A DNA stretch of 64,000 nucleotides from assembly GCA_963711835.1 (NCBI GenBank), contig CAVQFQ010000017.1:160001-224000 (forward strand), given 5' to 3'. The DNA is from an uncultured delta proteobacterium. GTDB taxonomy: Bacteria > Desulfobacterota > RBG-13-43-22. Position numbers and translations under genes: made by a program. The notes under the pieces were generated by a model. The model had not been told where the DNA came from. It ran no database searches and worked only from the letters and a program-made list of their open reading frames with translations. The first letter of the stretch is position 1. Every line of letters begins with the position of its first letter. This document shows positions 39,162-48,069 of this stretch, in pieces.

Positions 39162-41753
39162 ATGTTGAAAAAGATCGCCTTCTTTAAGAACCGAAAAGCC
39201 CGAAAAGAAGGGCCTTCCAAGGATTACCTGGCCAGGCTGTTTCGCTTCAAATATTCCTCCTTTAAGATGCTGCTGGACTCGAACACCCAGTTCCTCAAGA
39301 TCATTACCGATATGGAAGAGAAGTTAAGGGGCCAGCAAGTCTTCGGCATGTCGTATGTCCGGACCCAAGCGGCTCGGGCCATCTTCCACGCCTTGAGGAT
39401 GGTCAAAAACCTGGATGACTTGTCGAATCACCGCTATCCGATTCTTTTTGATGCCCTGGAAGGAATCAATGTCCGGATTCAAGAGGAACTGGGGCCGAAG
39501 AAGGAGTTTGCCCTCCGCGCCCTGATTCTCGAATATTCCCAGATCAACAAGGAGATGGTGGATTGGGTGGGCGGGAAAAATGCCAACCTCGGGGAGGTCC
39601 AAAGCCGGGTCGGGTTGCCCATTCCTGAGGGATTTGCCATTACCACCCGGGCCTGTGAGACCTTCCTTTCCCATAGTGATCTCTTCGAAGAAATCAACGC
39701 CAAGAAAATGGAGATCGACCCCAATAACCCGGAGACCATTTCCCGGGCCAGCGAAGAGATCCGGGGCTTGATCCAATCGGCCGAAGTCCCCCTTGAGTTG
39801 GAGGCCGCCATCCGTGAGGCCTATGATCACCTGTCGGTCAGGATCCGGGAGAAAGGGGGGTCGGAAGAATTTCCTTTGGTTTCATTGCGGAGCAGTGCTA
39901 TCGGAGAAGACAGCGACCTTTCTTTCGCCGGGCAGTACCTTTCGGTATTGAACGTCAGGCCCGATCAGCTCCTGCCGACCTATAAACAGGTGGTGGCCAG
40001 CCTCTACACGCCCCGGGCCATGGCCTACCGTCTCAATAAAGGGATCCGGGATGAAGATATTGCCATGAGCGTAGCCTGTCTGCAGATGATCGATTCGGCG
40101 GCCAGCGGAGTCATCTATACCCATCATCCCTTTAATCTCCTGGAAGACCATATCATTATCACTGCGGTTTGGGGTCTCGGCCCGTATGCCGTGGAAGGAA
40201 AAATCACCCCGGATTCTTATACGGTGGACAAAAAGGATCTTCAGCACATCCTCATTACGGCCATTTCCCATAAGCCGGTGCAGCTTGTCAATCTGCCCGA
40301 GGGAGGCCTCCGGGAGATTCCGGTCGAGAAGGATGACCAGGACAGTCCCTGCCTGTCCCCGGAACAGATTAGCGCCCTGGCCGGCTATGCCCTTCAGTTG
40401 GAACAACACTACAAGAACCCCCAGGATATCGAATGGGCCTTGGATAAAGTGGGGCGTCTATTAGTCCTTCAATCCCGCCCCCTCCATGTCCGGTCTCCGG
40501 AAAGGGGCCTGAAAGCCATGCCGATGATAGCCGACCATCCCTTGCTGGTGGAGGATGGGGCCGTGGCTTATCCCGGTATCGGCTACGGACCGGCCTTCCA
40601 GGTTCATTCCGATGAAGATCTCCTGAATTTTCCCGAGGGGGCCGTTCTGGTGGCTAAACATTCTTCCCCTAAGTTTGTCCTGGTTATGAAAAGGGCGCGG
40701 GCCATCCTGACCGACCTGGGCAGCGTTACCGGGCATATGGCTTCTCTGGCCCGGGAGTTTGCCGTGCCGGCTCTTCTGGATACGAAGAATGCTACAACGG
40801 CCATCCCGACCGGCCTGGAGATAACGGTGGATGCCTATTCCGGAAGGGTTTATCAGGGGAAGGTCCCGGAACTGCTATCCTTCCAGAAGACCGTCGAGTC
40901 CCCTATGAAGGATACCCCGGTGTATCGGTCGTTGAGGAAAGCGGCCGACCTGATCGTTCCCCTGGTTCTGACGGATCCCAAGGCCCCCAACTTCGCCCCG
41001 GAACATTGCCGGACCCTCCATGATATCGGGCGCCTGGTCCACGAATTTTCCTATAAGGAAATGTTCCAGATCAGCGACCTGGTTTCCGGCAAAGAGGGGG
41101 TGGCCTTCAAACTGCAGGCCCGTATCCCCCTGGATCTCTATGTCATTGACTTGGGAGGCGGGTTACTCCGGGCCAGGGAAAAAATCAAGAAGGTGACCTT
41201 AGAAGACATCGCTTCCGTACCTTTTAAGGCCCTGCTGGCCGGCATGACCCACGAGGCTTTTCAGTGTTCCCAGGTACGGCCGGTCAGTTTTACCGGGTTT
41301 TTTTCCGTCATGCGGGAGCAGATGATGGCCCCTCCCCAAATGACCGATCGTTTTGGGGAACGAAGTTTTGCCATCATTTCGGATCACTATCTGAACTTCA
41401 GTTCCCGGGTAGGTTACCATTACAGCGTCCTGGATTCCTATTGCGGTCCGATCGTGAATATGAATTACATCACCTTTTCCTTTAAAGGGGGAGCGGCTGA
41501 TGATACCCGCCGGAACCGGCGGGTCCGGGGCATCGCCCTGATGCTCCAGAAACTGGATTTTGTGGTGGAGGCCAACGGGGACCGGGTGGATGCCCGTTTT
41601 CAAAAGTACCCCTGCGACTTGATCCAAGAAAAATTAGATCAGGTGGGACGATTGCTCCTCTATACCCGCCAGATGGACATGCTGATGCACAGCGAGGCCA
41701 GTGTGGAGGCCCTGGCTAAAAACTTCCTGGAGGGAAACTACACCCTGGAATAG
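39162..41753 (+). CDS. PEP-synthase-like protein 3
   Basis: GGKNANLGE, RSSAIGED, SFAGQY, QDIEWA, LQSRP, TGHMASLARE (His525). Confidence 0.85.
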   Translation: MLKKIAFFKNRKARKEGPSKDYLARLFRFKYSSFKMLLDSNTQFLKIITDMEEKLRGQQVFGMSYVRTQAARAIFHALRMVKNLDDLSNHRYPILFDALEGINVRIQEELGPKKEFALRALILEYSQINKEMVDWVGGKNANLGEVQSRVGLPIPEGFAITTRACETFLSHSDLFEEINAKKMEIDPNNPETISRASEEIRGLIQSAEVPLELEAAIREAYDHLSVRIREKGGSEEFPLVSLRSSAIGEDSDLSFAGQYLSVLNVRPDQLLPTYKQVVASLYTPRAMAYRLNKGIRDEDIAMSVACLQMIDSAASGVIYTHHPFNLLEDHIIITAVWGLGPYAVEGKITPDSYTVDKKDLQHILITAISHKPVQLVNLPEGGLREIPVEKDDQDSPCLSPEQISALAGYALQLEQHYKNPQDIEWALDKVGRLLVLQSRPLHVRSPERGLKAMPMIADHPLLVEDGAVAYPGIGYGPAFQVHSDEDLLNFPEGAVLVAKHSSPKFVLVMKRARAILTDLGSVTGHMASLAREFAVPALLDTKNATTAIPTGLEITVDAYSGRVYQGKVPELLSFQKTVESPMKDTPVYRSLRKAADLIVPLVLTDPKAPNFAPEHCRTLHDIGRLVHEFSYKEMFQISDLVSGKEGVAFKLQARIPLDLYVIDLGGGLLRAREKIKKVTLEDIASVPFKALLAGMTHEAFQCSQVRPVSFTGFFSVMREQMMAPPQMTDRFGERSFAIISDHYLNFSSRVGYHYSVLDSYCGPIVNMNYITFSFKGGAADDTRRNRRVRGIALMLQKLDFVVEANGDRVDARFQKYPCDLIQEKLDQVGRLLLYTRQMDMLMHSEASVEALAKNFLEGNYTLE

Positions 41754-41820
41754 TGGAACGAAAAGATGCGGCCGAGGTCAAAGCGGAAAGGGGTTGGCCT
41801 TGGGAAGGCCCTGAGCGTCA

Positions 41821-42219
41821 TCAGGGCGCAGGCTGTTGCTCGTGAATGACCTTTCTTTCATAGGCTTGCCGCATTTTTTCAAGAAGTTCGTCGATGTTAA
41901 CCGGTTTCATGATATAATCAAAAGCCCCCAATTTCATGCCCTCGATGCCGGATTCCATGGAGGCATGGCCTGTCAGGAGGATCACCTCCGTCAAGGGACT
42001 TTTCTTTTTTATTTCCCGCAGGGTTTCGATGCCGTCCAGACCGGGCATTTTAACATCCAGGACGACGACATCACAGGCCTGAGCGTCCAGCATCTCCAGT
42101 GCCCGGGATCCGCTCTCGGCACCGGATACCTTAAGGCCCCGTTTTTTTAACCGTTTGACCAGCGTCTCCAGAAAGTCATACTCATCATCCACTATCAAGG
42201 CATTGAATTCTTCGGCCAT
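41821..42219 (-). CDS. Stand-alone response regulator receiver
   Basis: IVDDE, DVKMPG, LTGH, KP. Close paralogue of 38709. Confidence 0.9.
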   Translation of the reverse strand: MAEEFNALIVDDEYDFLETLVKRLKKRGLKVSGAESGSRALEMLDAQACDVVVLDVKMPGLDGIETLREIKKKSPLTEVILLTGHASMESGIEGMKLGAFDYIMKPVNIDELLEKMRQAYERKVIHEQQPAP

Positions 42220-42235
42220 AAGCCTCCTTTTATAT

Positions 42236-43888
42236 TTAAGTTACCGGCAGGTAGATGGTAAAGGTGGTTCCATTTCCCGTATCGCTGGCCACCATGATGC
42301 GGCCGCCCAATTTTTCCACGATACTGTAGACAATGGATAAGCCCAAGCCGGTCCCCTTGCCGACCTCTTTGGTCGTAAAAAATGGATCAAAAATTTTGGT
42401 GATATTTTCCTTGGGGATACCGGGACCGTTGTCGGTGATCTCGATCATGATCTCATTGTTCTTGGGAAGATGGGTGGTCCGGATATGGATTGCCCCCCCC
42501 TTCCCAATGGCGTCAATGGCATTGTTGAGGATATTCAGAAAAACTTGTTGCAGTTGGGAAGAGTCGCTGGTGATCTTGGGCAGATCGATCTGAGGGTTCA
42601 TCTGGATCTCAATATTCCGATAGCGCGATTCATTTTCGAGGAATTCCACCGTATCGGTCAGGGTCTTATTGACGTCCACCTGCTCCTGGATAGGTTCCAT
42701 GCGCCGGGCAAACCCCAGCAGCCTATGGGTTACCTTTTTGGCTCTATCCACGTGGGCTTCGATCCTTTTGACGGCCTCTTCAAATTCTTTAAAGTTTTCA
42801 CTTTGGGCAATGTCTTCTTCGACTAAAAGGTCCTTGATCCAACCGGCTTTTTCCCCGATGACAGCCAGGGGATTATTGATTTCATGGGCGATCCCGGCGG
42901 CCATTTTACCCAGGGCGGCCATCTTACTGGACTGGATAACCAAGTCCTCGCTGACGGCTTTCTCCCGGTCGATGCGCATGACTTGGTTCATCATGGAACG
43001 GGTCGTCAGCAGGGTACCAATGACGATGATCAGGATCCCGGCCAAGAATAAGGGAATGGCGATAAAACGGGCCCGCAGCAAGGGGGTTAACTGTTCCCGG
43101 GGGTCTTCCTTGATGACCAGGATCCATTTGGTGTTTTGAATCTCCGCGGCGGCGAAGAAACTCTTTTCTCCCTCCAAACCCATCTCTTCCACCTGGGTTT
43201 CGACGACCTTGGAATAATCGGGGGTTTTAGGCTGGCTGAAAAGGTCGCCGCTGAACCGGGGAGCGGTTTGGAGAATATTTCTTTTGTTAATGATAAAGGC
43301 ATCCCCTTTTTTCCCGATCTGGGCCGCCCGGACCACGTTGTCGATTATATCGGAATTGATGGTGGCCCGAAGGATCCAGGTTTTATCGCCCTGGCGGGTC
43401 ATCACGGCAATGATGAAATGGGGGAATTTTCGAAAGCCGAGAAAAACATCGCTGATATGCACCCCTTTGGAGAGGACCGATTGGAACCAATCCTCCTTAC
43501 TGTAATTAACCCCCTTTAATTCCGGGTAGGGACCGACATAGGCCAGGTGATTGCCATGCCGGTCAATCAGGCCAATATCAATAAATGATTTTGACCGGGT
43601 TTGCATGGTATTAAAAACCTTGTTTAAATAGGCCTCGTCACTCAATTGTTTTAGGGGCGTGGTGCTGGCCAGGGTGACCAATTGGGAGACCCGTTCATCA
43701 AAAAAAAGATCCAGGGCGCCGCGCCGGTTTTCAACTAAGGTTTTAAGATTTTCGATGATCTTGGCGGTATAGGAGACGCTGAACTGGTAATAAATGGTAA
43801 GGCCTAAGGCAAAAAGGGGGATCAAGGAAAAGCCCAGGGTGGTGAAGACGATTTTCCGCCACAATTTTTTATAATATTTTTCTTCCAT
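42236..43888 (-). CDS. Membrane sensor histidine kinase with Cache-like periplasmic domain, HK3
   Basis: Two TMs, [43 protein letters not shown]. Confidence 0.92.
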   Translation of the reverse strand: MEEKYYKKLWRKIVFTTLGFSLIPLFALGLTIYYQFSVSYTAKIIENLKTLVENRRGALDLFFDERVSQLVTLASTTPLKQLSDEAYLNKVFNTMQTRSKSFIDIGLIDRHGNHLAYVGPYPELKGVNYSKEDWFQSVLSKGVHISDVFLGFRKFPHFIIAVMTRQGDKTWILRATINSDIIDNVVRAAQIGKKGDAFIINKRNILQTAPRFSGDLFSQPKTPDYSKVVETQVEEMGLEGEKSFFAAAEIQNTKWILVIKEDPREQLTPLLRARFIAIPLFLAGILIIVIGTLLTTRSMMNQVMRIDREKAVSEDLVIQSSKMAALGKMAAGIAHEINNPLAVIGEKAGWIKDLLVEEDIAQSENFKEFEEAVKRIEAHVDRAKKVTHRLLGFARRMEPIQEQVDVNKTLTDTVEFLENESRYRNIEIQMNPQIDLPKITSDSSQLQQVFLNILNNAIDAIGKGGAIHIRTTHLPKNNEIMIEITDNGPGIPKENITKIFDPFFTTKEVGKGTGLGLSIVYSIVEKLGGRIMVASDTGNGTTFTIYLPVT

Positions 43889-44089
43889 GTTGATCGGGAT
43901 CTCTATGTCAGCTTTTTATTTAAGGACTATTTGGGGTTTTAGCTATCAAGGAGATCTTCTCTTATTTTTTTATCATAAAAAGGAGGAAAAATCATCTTTG
44001 AAAATATCAGGGCCAGTGTGGTACTATGGTGTAATTTCCTTAAATAAGCATTTTCGTTATGGAATCCCTTTTCCAAATAACCACTTCCG

Positions 44090-44875
44090 TCACCTTTGGG
44101 AAACAAAATAACCCGGCCTGACCCCGGTTTCCATCCCAGCCGCGGCTACGGCCTGATTCTCGGAAACCTCCCGGACCGTCACCTGGCCGATGGTCTGCCC
44201 CTGGTCATCCAGAAGGAAGAGAGAAGACCCGGGTGAAAGTCCCTGGTTTCGTCCTAAACCAAAGGTGATCAACCAGACACCGTCTCCTTTCTGGACCCGA
44301 TAGATCTCTGCCTTTCTTTCCCGGGCCAAGAGGCGCTCAATTTTCTGAGAAATTAGAAAAACGGCGCCAAAGGCCGTCAAGACGAGGGCCAGCATAAACA
44401 GGGCAACAAGCCACGGGTTTAATCCCAGCAGACGACGGATCCGGGACTTTGAGTTTTTATTCAGGCTGCCTTGATCCTTGAAAACCTCTACCTGAAATCG
44501 GACCGGGGATTTGGAGGGAGGGGTCTGGAGGGCATGGACAACCACGGTGTATTTTCCAGGCTGAATGGCCGATCCCACAGCCAGCCGGCCTCGCCAGATA
44601 AGGCCTCCCAACCAGAAGCCTTTTTTTATTTCTTCGAAGGTTACCTTGAGTTCCTGGGAACTGCTGCTGTATGACAATTGTTGGGGATGCTCGATCTTTT
44701 CCGTTATCGGCCCGCTGATCTGCTGGGTCTCCCCGGGCAGGACAGCGATATTCTGTGAGGGTTCCAGAAACCGGGCCAGAAAGGCGTCCAGAAAGGCCAG
44801 AAGGAGGAAGAGACAAAGGAGGGCGGCCAGCCTCCCGACCCAGATTCTCCAATGCAGGGTTCCCTGAAGATCCAT
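44090..44875 (-). CDS. Hypothetical two-TM membrane protein of the TauE-3 operon
   Basis: Two hydrophobic segments, KGFWLGG motif, operon position. Confidence 0.7.
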   Translation of the reverse strand: MDLQGTLHWRIWVGRLAALLCLFLLLAFLDAFLARFLEPSQNIAVLPGETQQISGPITEKIEHPQQLSYSSSSQELKVTFEEIKKGFWLGGLIWRGRLAVGSAIQPGKYTVVVHALQTPPSKSPVRFQVEVFKDQGSLNKNSKSRIRRLLGLNPWLVALFMLALVLTAFGAVFLISQKIERLLARERKAEIYRVQKGDGVWLITFGLGRNQGLSPGSSLFLLDDQGQTIGQVTVREVSENQAVAAAGMETGVRPGYFVSQR

Positions 44876-44946
44876 AGTAAAACTCTTATATCAGATTCCC
44901 TACTGGAATCCAACCCGGGGAGGTTACCAGGTCCCTCCAAGAAGAA

Positions 44947-44985
44947 AATCGTCCCCGGAACAATAGAATGGACCCGGGGACGATT
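44947..44985. repeat. Intra-operon hairpin
   Basis: AATCGTCCCCGG / CCGGGGACGATT 12-bp stem. Confidence 0.55.
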
Positions 44986-45009
44986 CTTCTTGTGGGACGA
45001 ACTAGCGGT

Positions 45010-45621
45010 TTACTTTTTAAAGATATCGGTCTTGCTGATATTCATCAGCCTCTGGGCTTTTCCGTCCTGATGATAATAAACCCGCACCTCATCTCCGGAG
45101 TCCCAGGCTTTTGGTTCCAGGTTGATAGTTTCCTCAGGAACCGAGAAGACCACCAGAAGCTTTTGCCTGCCGGAATAGATGGTAATGGTTTTCTTTTCTT
45201 TGTCGATGACCGGGAATTTTTTGGGCTTGTCCGTTTGTTTATCATAGACCAAGGTGTCATCTTTAGCGACGTTCTTTTTCATCTCCACCAGTTGGAAGGT
45301 GATGGTTTTAAAGTTCTGGGAGGCCTTGTCAAAAATGATGATTTCGTTTTTATCCGTATCGAGCTTCATGCGATAGCCGGCCTTCGGATCCGGCCCCATT
45401 TCCCTCAGGTCTTCAGGCAAGCTATAGGTGATGGGCGGGAGATGGGTGTACTCCGGTTTACCTATATCGGCCTTCATGTCGCGAATAAAGGTTACGATCT
45501 TTTTATCTTTATCAAATTCAATGACCCGTCCCTGATCCACTTTGCCTAATTCGCTGCAACCGAGAACGAAAGCCAGCGGCAGGACAGTCATCAAAAAAGG
45601 CCAGGAATATTTTTTCCCCAT
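45010..45621 (-). CDS. Putative lipoprotein (DUF4881-like)
   Basis: Lipobox VLGC, GKVDQGRVI, WDSGDEVRVYY, MNISKTDI. AAGGAG RBS. Family name is from recall. Confidence 0.7.
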   Translation of the reverse strand: MGKKYSWPFLMTVLPLAFVLGCSELGKVDQGRVIEFDKDKKIVTFIRDMKADIGKPEYTHLPPITYSLPEDLREMGPDPKAGYRMKLDTDKNEIIIFDKASQNFKTITFQLVEMKKNVAKDDTLVYDKQTDKPKKFPVIDKEKKTITIYSGRQKLLVVFSVPEETINLEPKAWDSGDEVRVYYHQDGKAQRLMNISKTDIFKK

Positions 45622-45680
45622 AGGTTCTTCTCCTTCTTTCAATAACCTGAAAATGTTTTGTTTATAGGCCGGGGCCTTAT

Positions 45681-46736
45681 TTAGGCCTGGCCTTTTTTCG
45701 CTGCGATTTCCTGCTTGGCCCCTTGAAGCATCCGCACCAGAATATAGAGGGACAGGGCAGCGACCAGACCGAGAATCAGGACGGTCGAGGCGGCATCCAT
45801 AGCGACCTTCCAACTCGGAATGTATCTGGGGAGCAGTTTCATGATAACCGAGATCCCGCAGCCAATAACGGCCAACCCAAAAGCGATCCGAATCCCGTAG
45901 CCTTTTATATACTTGGTGGCCACGGTGCCGACCTGGGCCCCCATGGCGGCCCCGACCAGCATGATAACGGCGGCTAACAGCTCGGTTCGGCCCTTGTAGG
46001 TGTAGGTGGCGGCCCCGTAGAGGCCGGAAATCATGACCTCAAACAAATCCGTTCCCACGGCCACATGGGTGGGGCAGCCGACGAAGTAGATCAGGGCCGG
46101 CATGCGGATCAATCCCCCGCCGATCCCCAGGATACCGGCCAGCCAGCCGGTCAGGAAACTGACAAAAATCGGCAGCCAGACGGTGCAATAAACCTGGGCT
46201 TCTTTGAAGTGCACCATCGGAGGGATCTTGAGCTTATGCAGGGTCTTATGCCATTCGATTCCGGTGGCCAACTTATCTATCTCTTCTCCCCGGGCCCGAG
46301 ACTCCCGCTCTTTCTTTTTTTTCTTAGCCACATCGGCAAAGACCATCCAGGCGATCAGGGTCAGCAGGATGATATACATCCAGCGGACATAGAGTTCCAC
46401 TTTACCCAGACGCTCCAGCCACATGATCATTTGGGCCCCGACCTCGAAACCGACGATCGTCCCGACCAGCATGATCAGTCCCAGACGATAATCGACGTTG
46501 CCGAATTTACCGTGCCGCATGGTGGAGATGAGAGATTTCCCGGCCATGTGGGCGATATCCGTCCCGATGGCGAAGGCCATGGGGAAACCAAGGATATTCA
46601 GGCCGGGGGTAACCATCCAGGCCCCGCCCATGCCGAAAAAGCCGCCGATGATTCCGACGCCGATCCCCAGGATGATCAAACCAGGCCAGAAGATCGTCAC
46701 CCCGGAGATGGGCATGAGTATATATAACCAATCCAT
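45681..46736 (-). CDS. TauE/SafE (TSUP) family permease 3 (DVU0149-like)
   Basis: GGFFGMGGAWMVTP...AIGTDI and GIGGGLIRMPALIY...AVGTDLF. Confidence 0.88.
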   Translation of the reverse strand: MDWLYILMPISGVTIFWPGLIILGIGVGIIGGFFGMGGAWMVTPGLNILGFPMAFAIGTDIAHMAGKSLISTMRHGKFGNVDYRLGLIMLVGTIVGFEVGAQMIMWLERLGKVELYVRWMYIILLTLIAWMVFADVAKKKKKERESRARGEEIDKLATGIEWHKTLHKLKIPPMVHFKEAQVYCTVWLPIFVSFLTGWLAGILGIGGGLIRMPALIYFVGCPTHVAVGTDLFEVMISGLYGAATYTYKGRTELLAAVIMLVGAAMGAQVGTVATKYIKGYGIRIAFGLAVIGCGISVIMKLLPRYIPSWKVAMDAASTVLILGLVAALSLYILVRMLQGAKQEIAAKKGQA

Positions 46737-46825
46737 AGATTAACCTCCTAAAACGAAATTATGTTTTAACTCCCTCAATTCTTTTTCCTTAAGCCGATTG
46801 CCGAAGGCTGACAGACCGCAGCTAA

Positions 46826-47122
46826 TTAATGTTCGGCCAATTCCCTTGAACTCAAGTCGATGCCGATATTTCTCATTACCAGATCGGCCAAGACGCCGAA
46901 GAGCAACCCTATGACAGGTATGGATATGACTGTGACAATCGTAAAATAGAGATGGCTTTCATTATAGAGATTTGCCCACCAGGCCTCCCAGCCTGTTAAC
47001 TTGCGGGTGTCGGCCACAATCACCATAAGAGAGGCCTTTTCACCAGCGGCCAGGACCAGCTCCGGAAGAAGCAGGGTGAGCATTCCCATCCAGGCCATGA
47101 TTGATTTCCAATGTTTTTTCAT
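46826..47122 (-). CDS. Small membrane protein, DVU0150-like
   Basis: Signal-like N-terminus, IVADTR, WWANLYN, GIDL..R..AEH end. Family name is from recall. Confidence 0.7.
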   Translation of the reverse strand: MKKHWKSIMAWMGMLTLLLPELVLAAGEKASLMVIVADTRKLTGWEAWWANLYNESHLYFTIVTVISIPVIGLLFGVLADLVMRNIGIDLSSRELAEH

Positions 47123-47138
47123 AAATCCCTCCTTTTAA

Positions 47139-47552
47139 TTAACGTATAACGGTCACGGTGCAGGGGGCCTGGGCCACTACCTTGGCGGCGGTACTTCCCA
47201 TCATGGCCCGTTTCATCCCCGTGCGGCCGGTGCTGCCCAACAGGATGCGGTCGCATTGCATCTTTATGGCCCGTTTGATGATATTATTGGCCGGCACCAG
47301 GCCTGTTTCTATGACCGTTTTTACTTTTATATTTTTTTTGTCGAAAAGGGCCTTGGCCTTATCCAAGGCCTTGAGGGCCTCGGCTTCCAGTTTATCCTGG
47401 ATGCCGGGCGGCATGTCATCGAAGTCGTCTTTGAAGAAGTAAGCCACTGACATGATGGTTACATCGGCCCCTTCATTCTCGGCCAATTCCAGGGCCCGCT
47501 TAACGGCCTTCATGGCTTGCTCCGAGCCGTCTGTTGCCACTAATATCTTCAT
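47139..47552 (-). CDS. Universal stress protein (USP 3)
   Basis: KILVATDGS, ILLGSTG, MGSTA, APCTV. Confidence 0.9.
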   Translation of the reverse strand: MKILVATDGSEQAMKAVKRALELAENEGADVTIMSVAYFFKDDFDDMPPGIQDKLEAEALKALDKAKALFDKKNIKVKTVIETGLVPANNIIKRAIKMQCDRILLGSTGRTGMKRAMMGSTAAKVVAQAPCTVTVIR

Positions 47553-47622
47553 AAAACCTCCTTATTAAAATTGATAAAAAGGATCATCAAGACATTTATT
47601 CCCGGTTTTCCAGAGGTTCTAT

Positions 47623-47639
47623 AGGCAAAATCCATGCCA
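47623..47639 (-). promoter_or_regulatory. Sigma54 promoter of the USP3-TauE-3 operon
   Basis: Minus strand reads TGGCAT-GGATT-TTGCCT, about 70 bp before the start. Confidence 0.7.
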
Positions 47640-47761
47640 CCTCATTATCGGGATCCTCTTCGGGCCGTTATTAAAAAATATGAAAAAAAATAAGAGGTTA
47701 GTGAAAAGGAGCCGGTCCCTGAAGTAGGGTCAACCCATAAGTTGAAACTTTTAAAGACGTG

Positions 47762-47784
47762 AGTGTCATCAAACCATAGACACT
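47762..47784. promoter_or_regulatory. Candidate enhancer (UAS) for a sigma54 activator
   Basis: AGTGTC-N11-GACACT palindrome about 125 bp upstream of the -24 box, with an A-rich tract in between. Confidence 0.4.
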
Positions 47785-48069
47785 TTAAAGGGGGCGGTGT
47801 CTCTTTAATGAACCCAGCTATTCGGTCCGGATTAGTGGCTCTTAGTCACCTTTTGGACAACTCAAAAAACAAGACCCCCAAACCCCCTTTCTTCAAAACC
47901 AAAAAAAATTTCAAATAGCTTCGATAGGTTTTTCCTTTAACTTTTTGGCTGAAGCGGGTACAGTTCATAGTAAAAGGAAAAACAAGAGGGGCAGGCCTTT
48001 CCGGGCCCAACTCCTCCTGCTCGTGGAGGCACCTTTTCAATCGATCAAACCAACAAGGAGGAATTATTA

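Noticed and set aside
24200-41753. Annotation as canonical ppsA/ppdK
   Set aside because: Pyruvate/PEP-binding barrel motifs are absent in all copies.
45622-45813. Long N-terminal extensions in the ORF track (also 18890, 20657, 34502, 9245)
   Set aside because: They overlap upstream genes or repeats, and better RBS-supported starts lie downstream.
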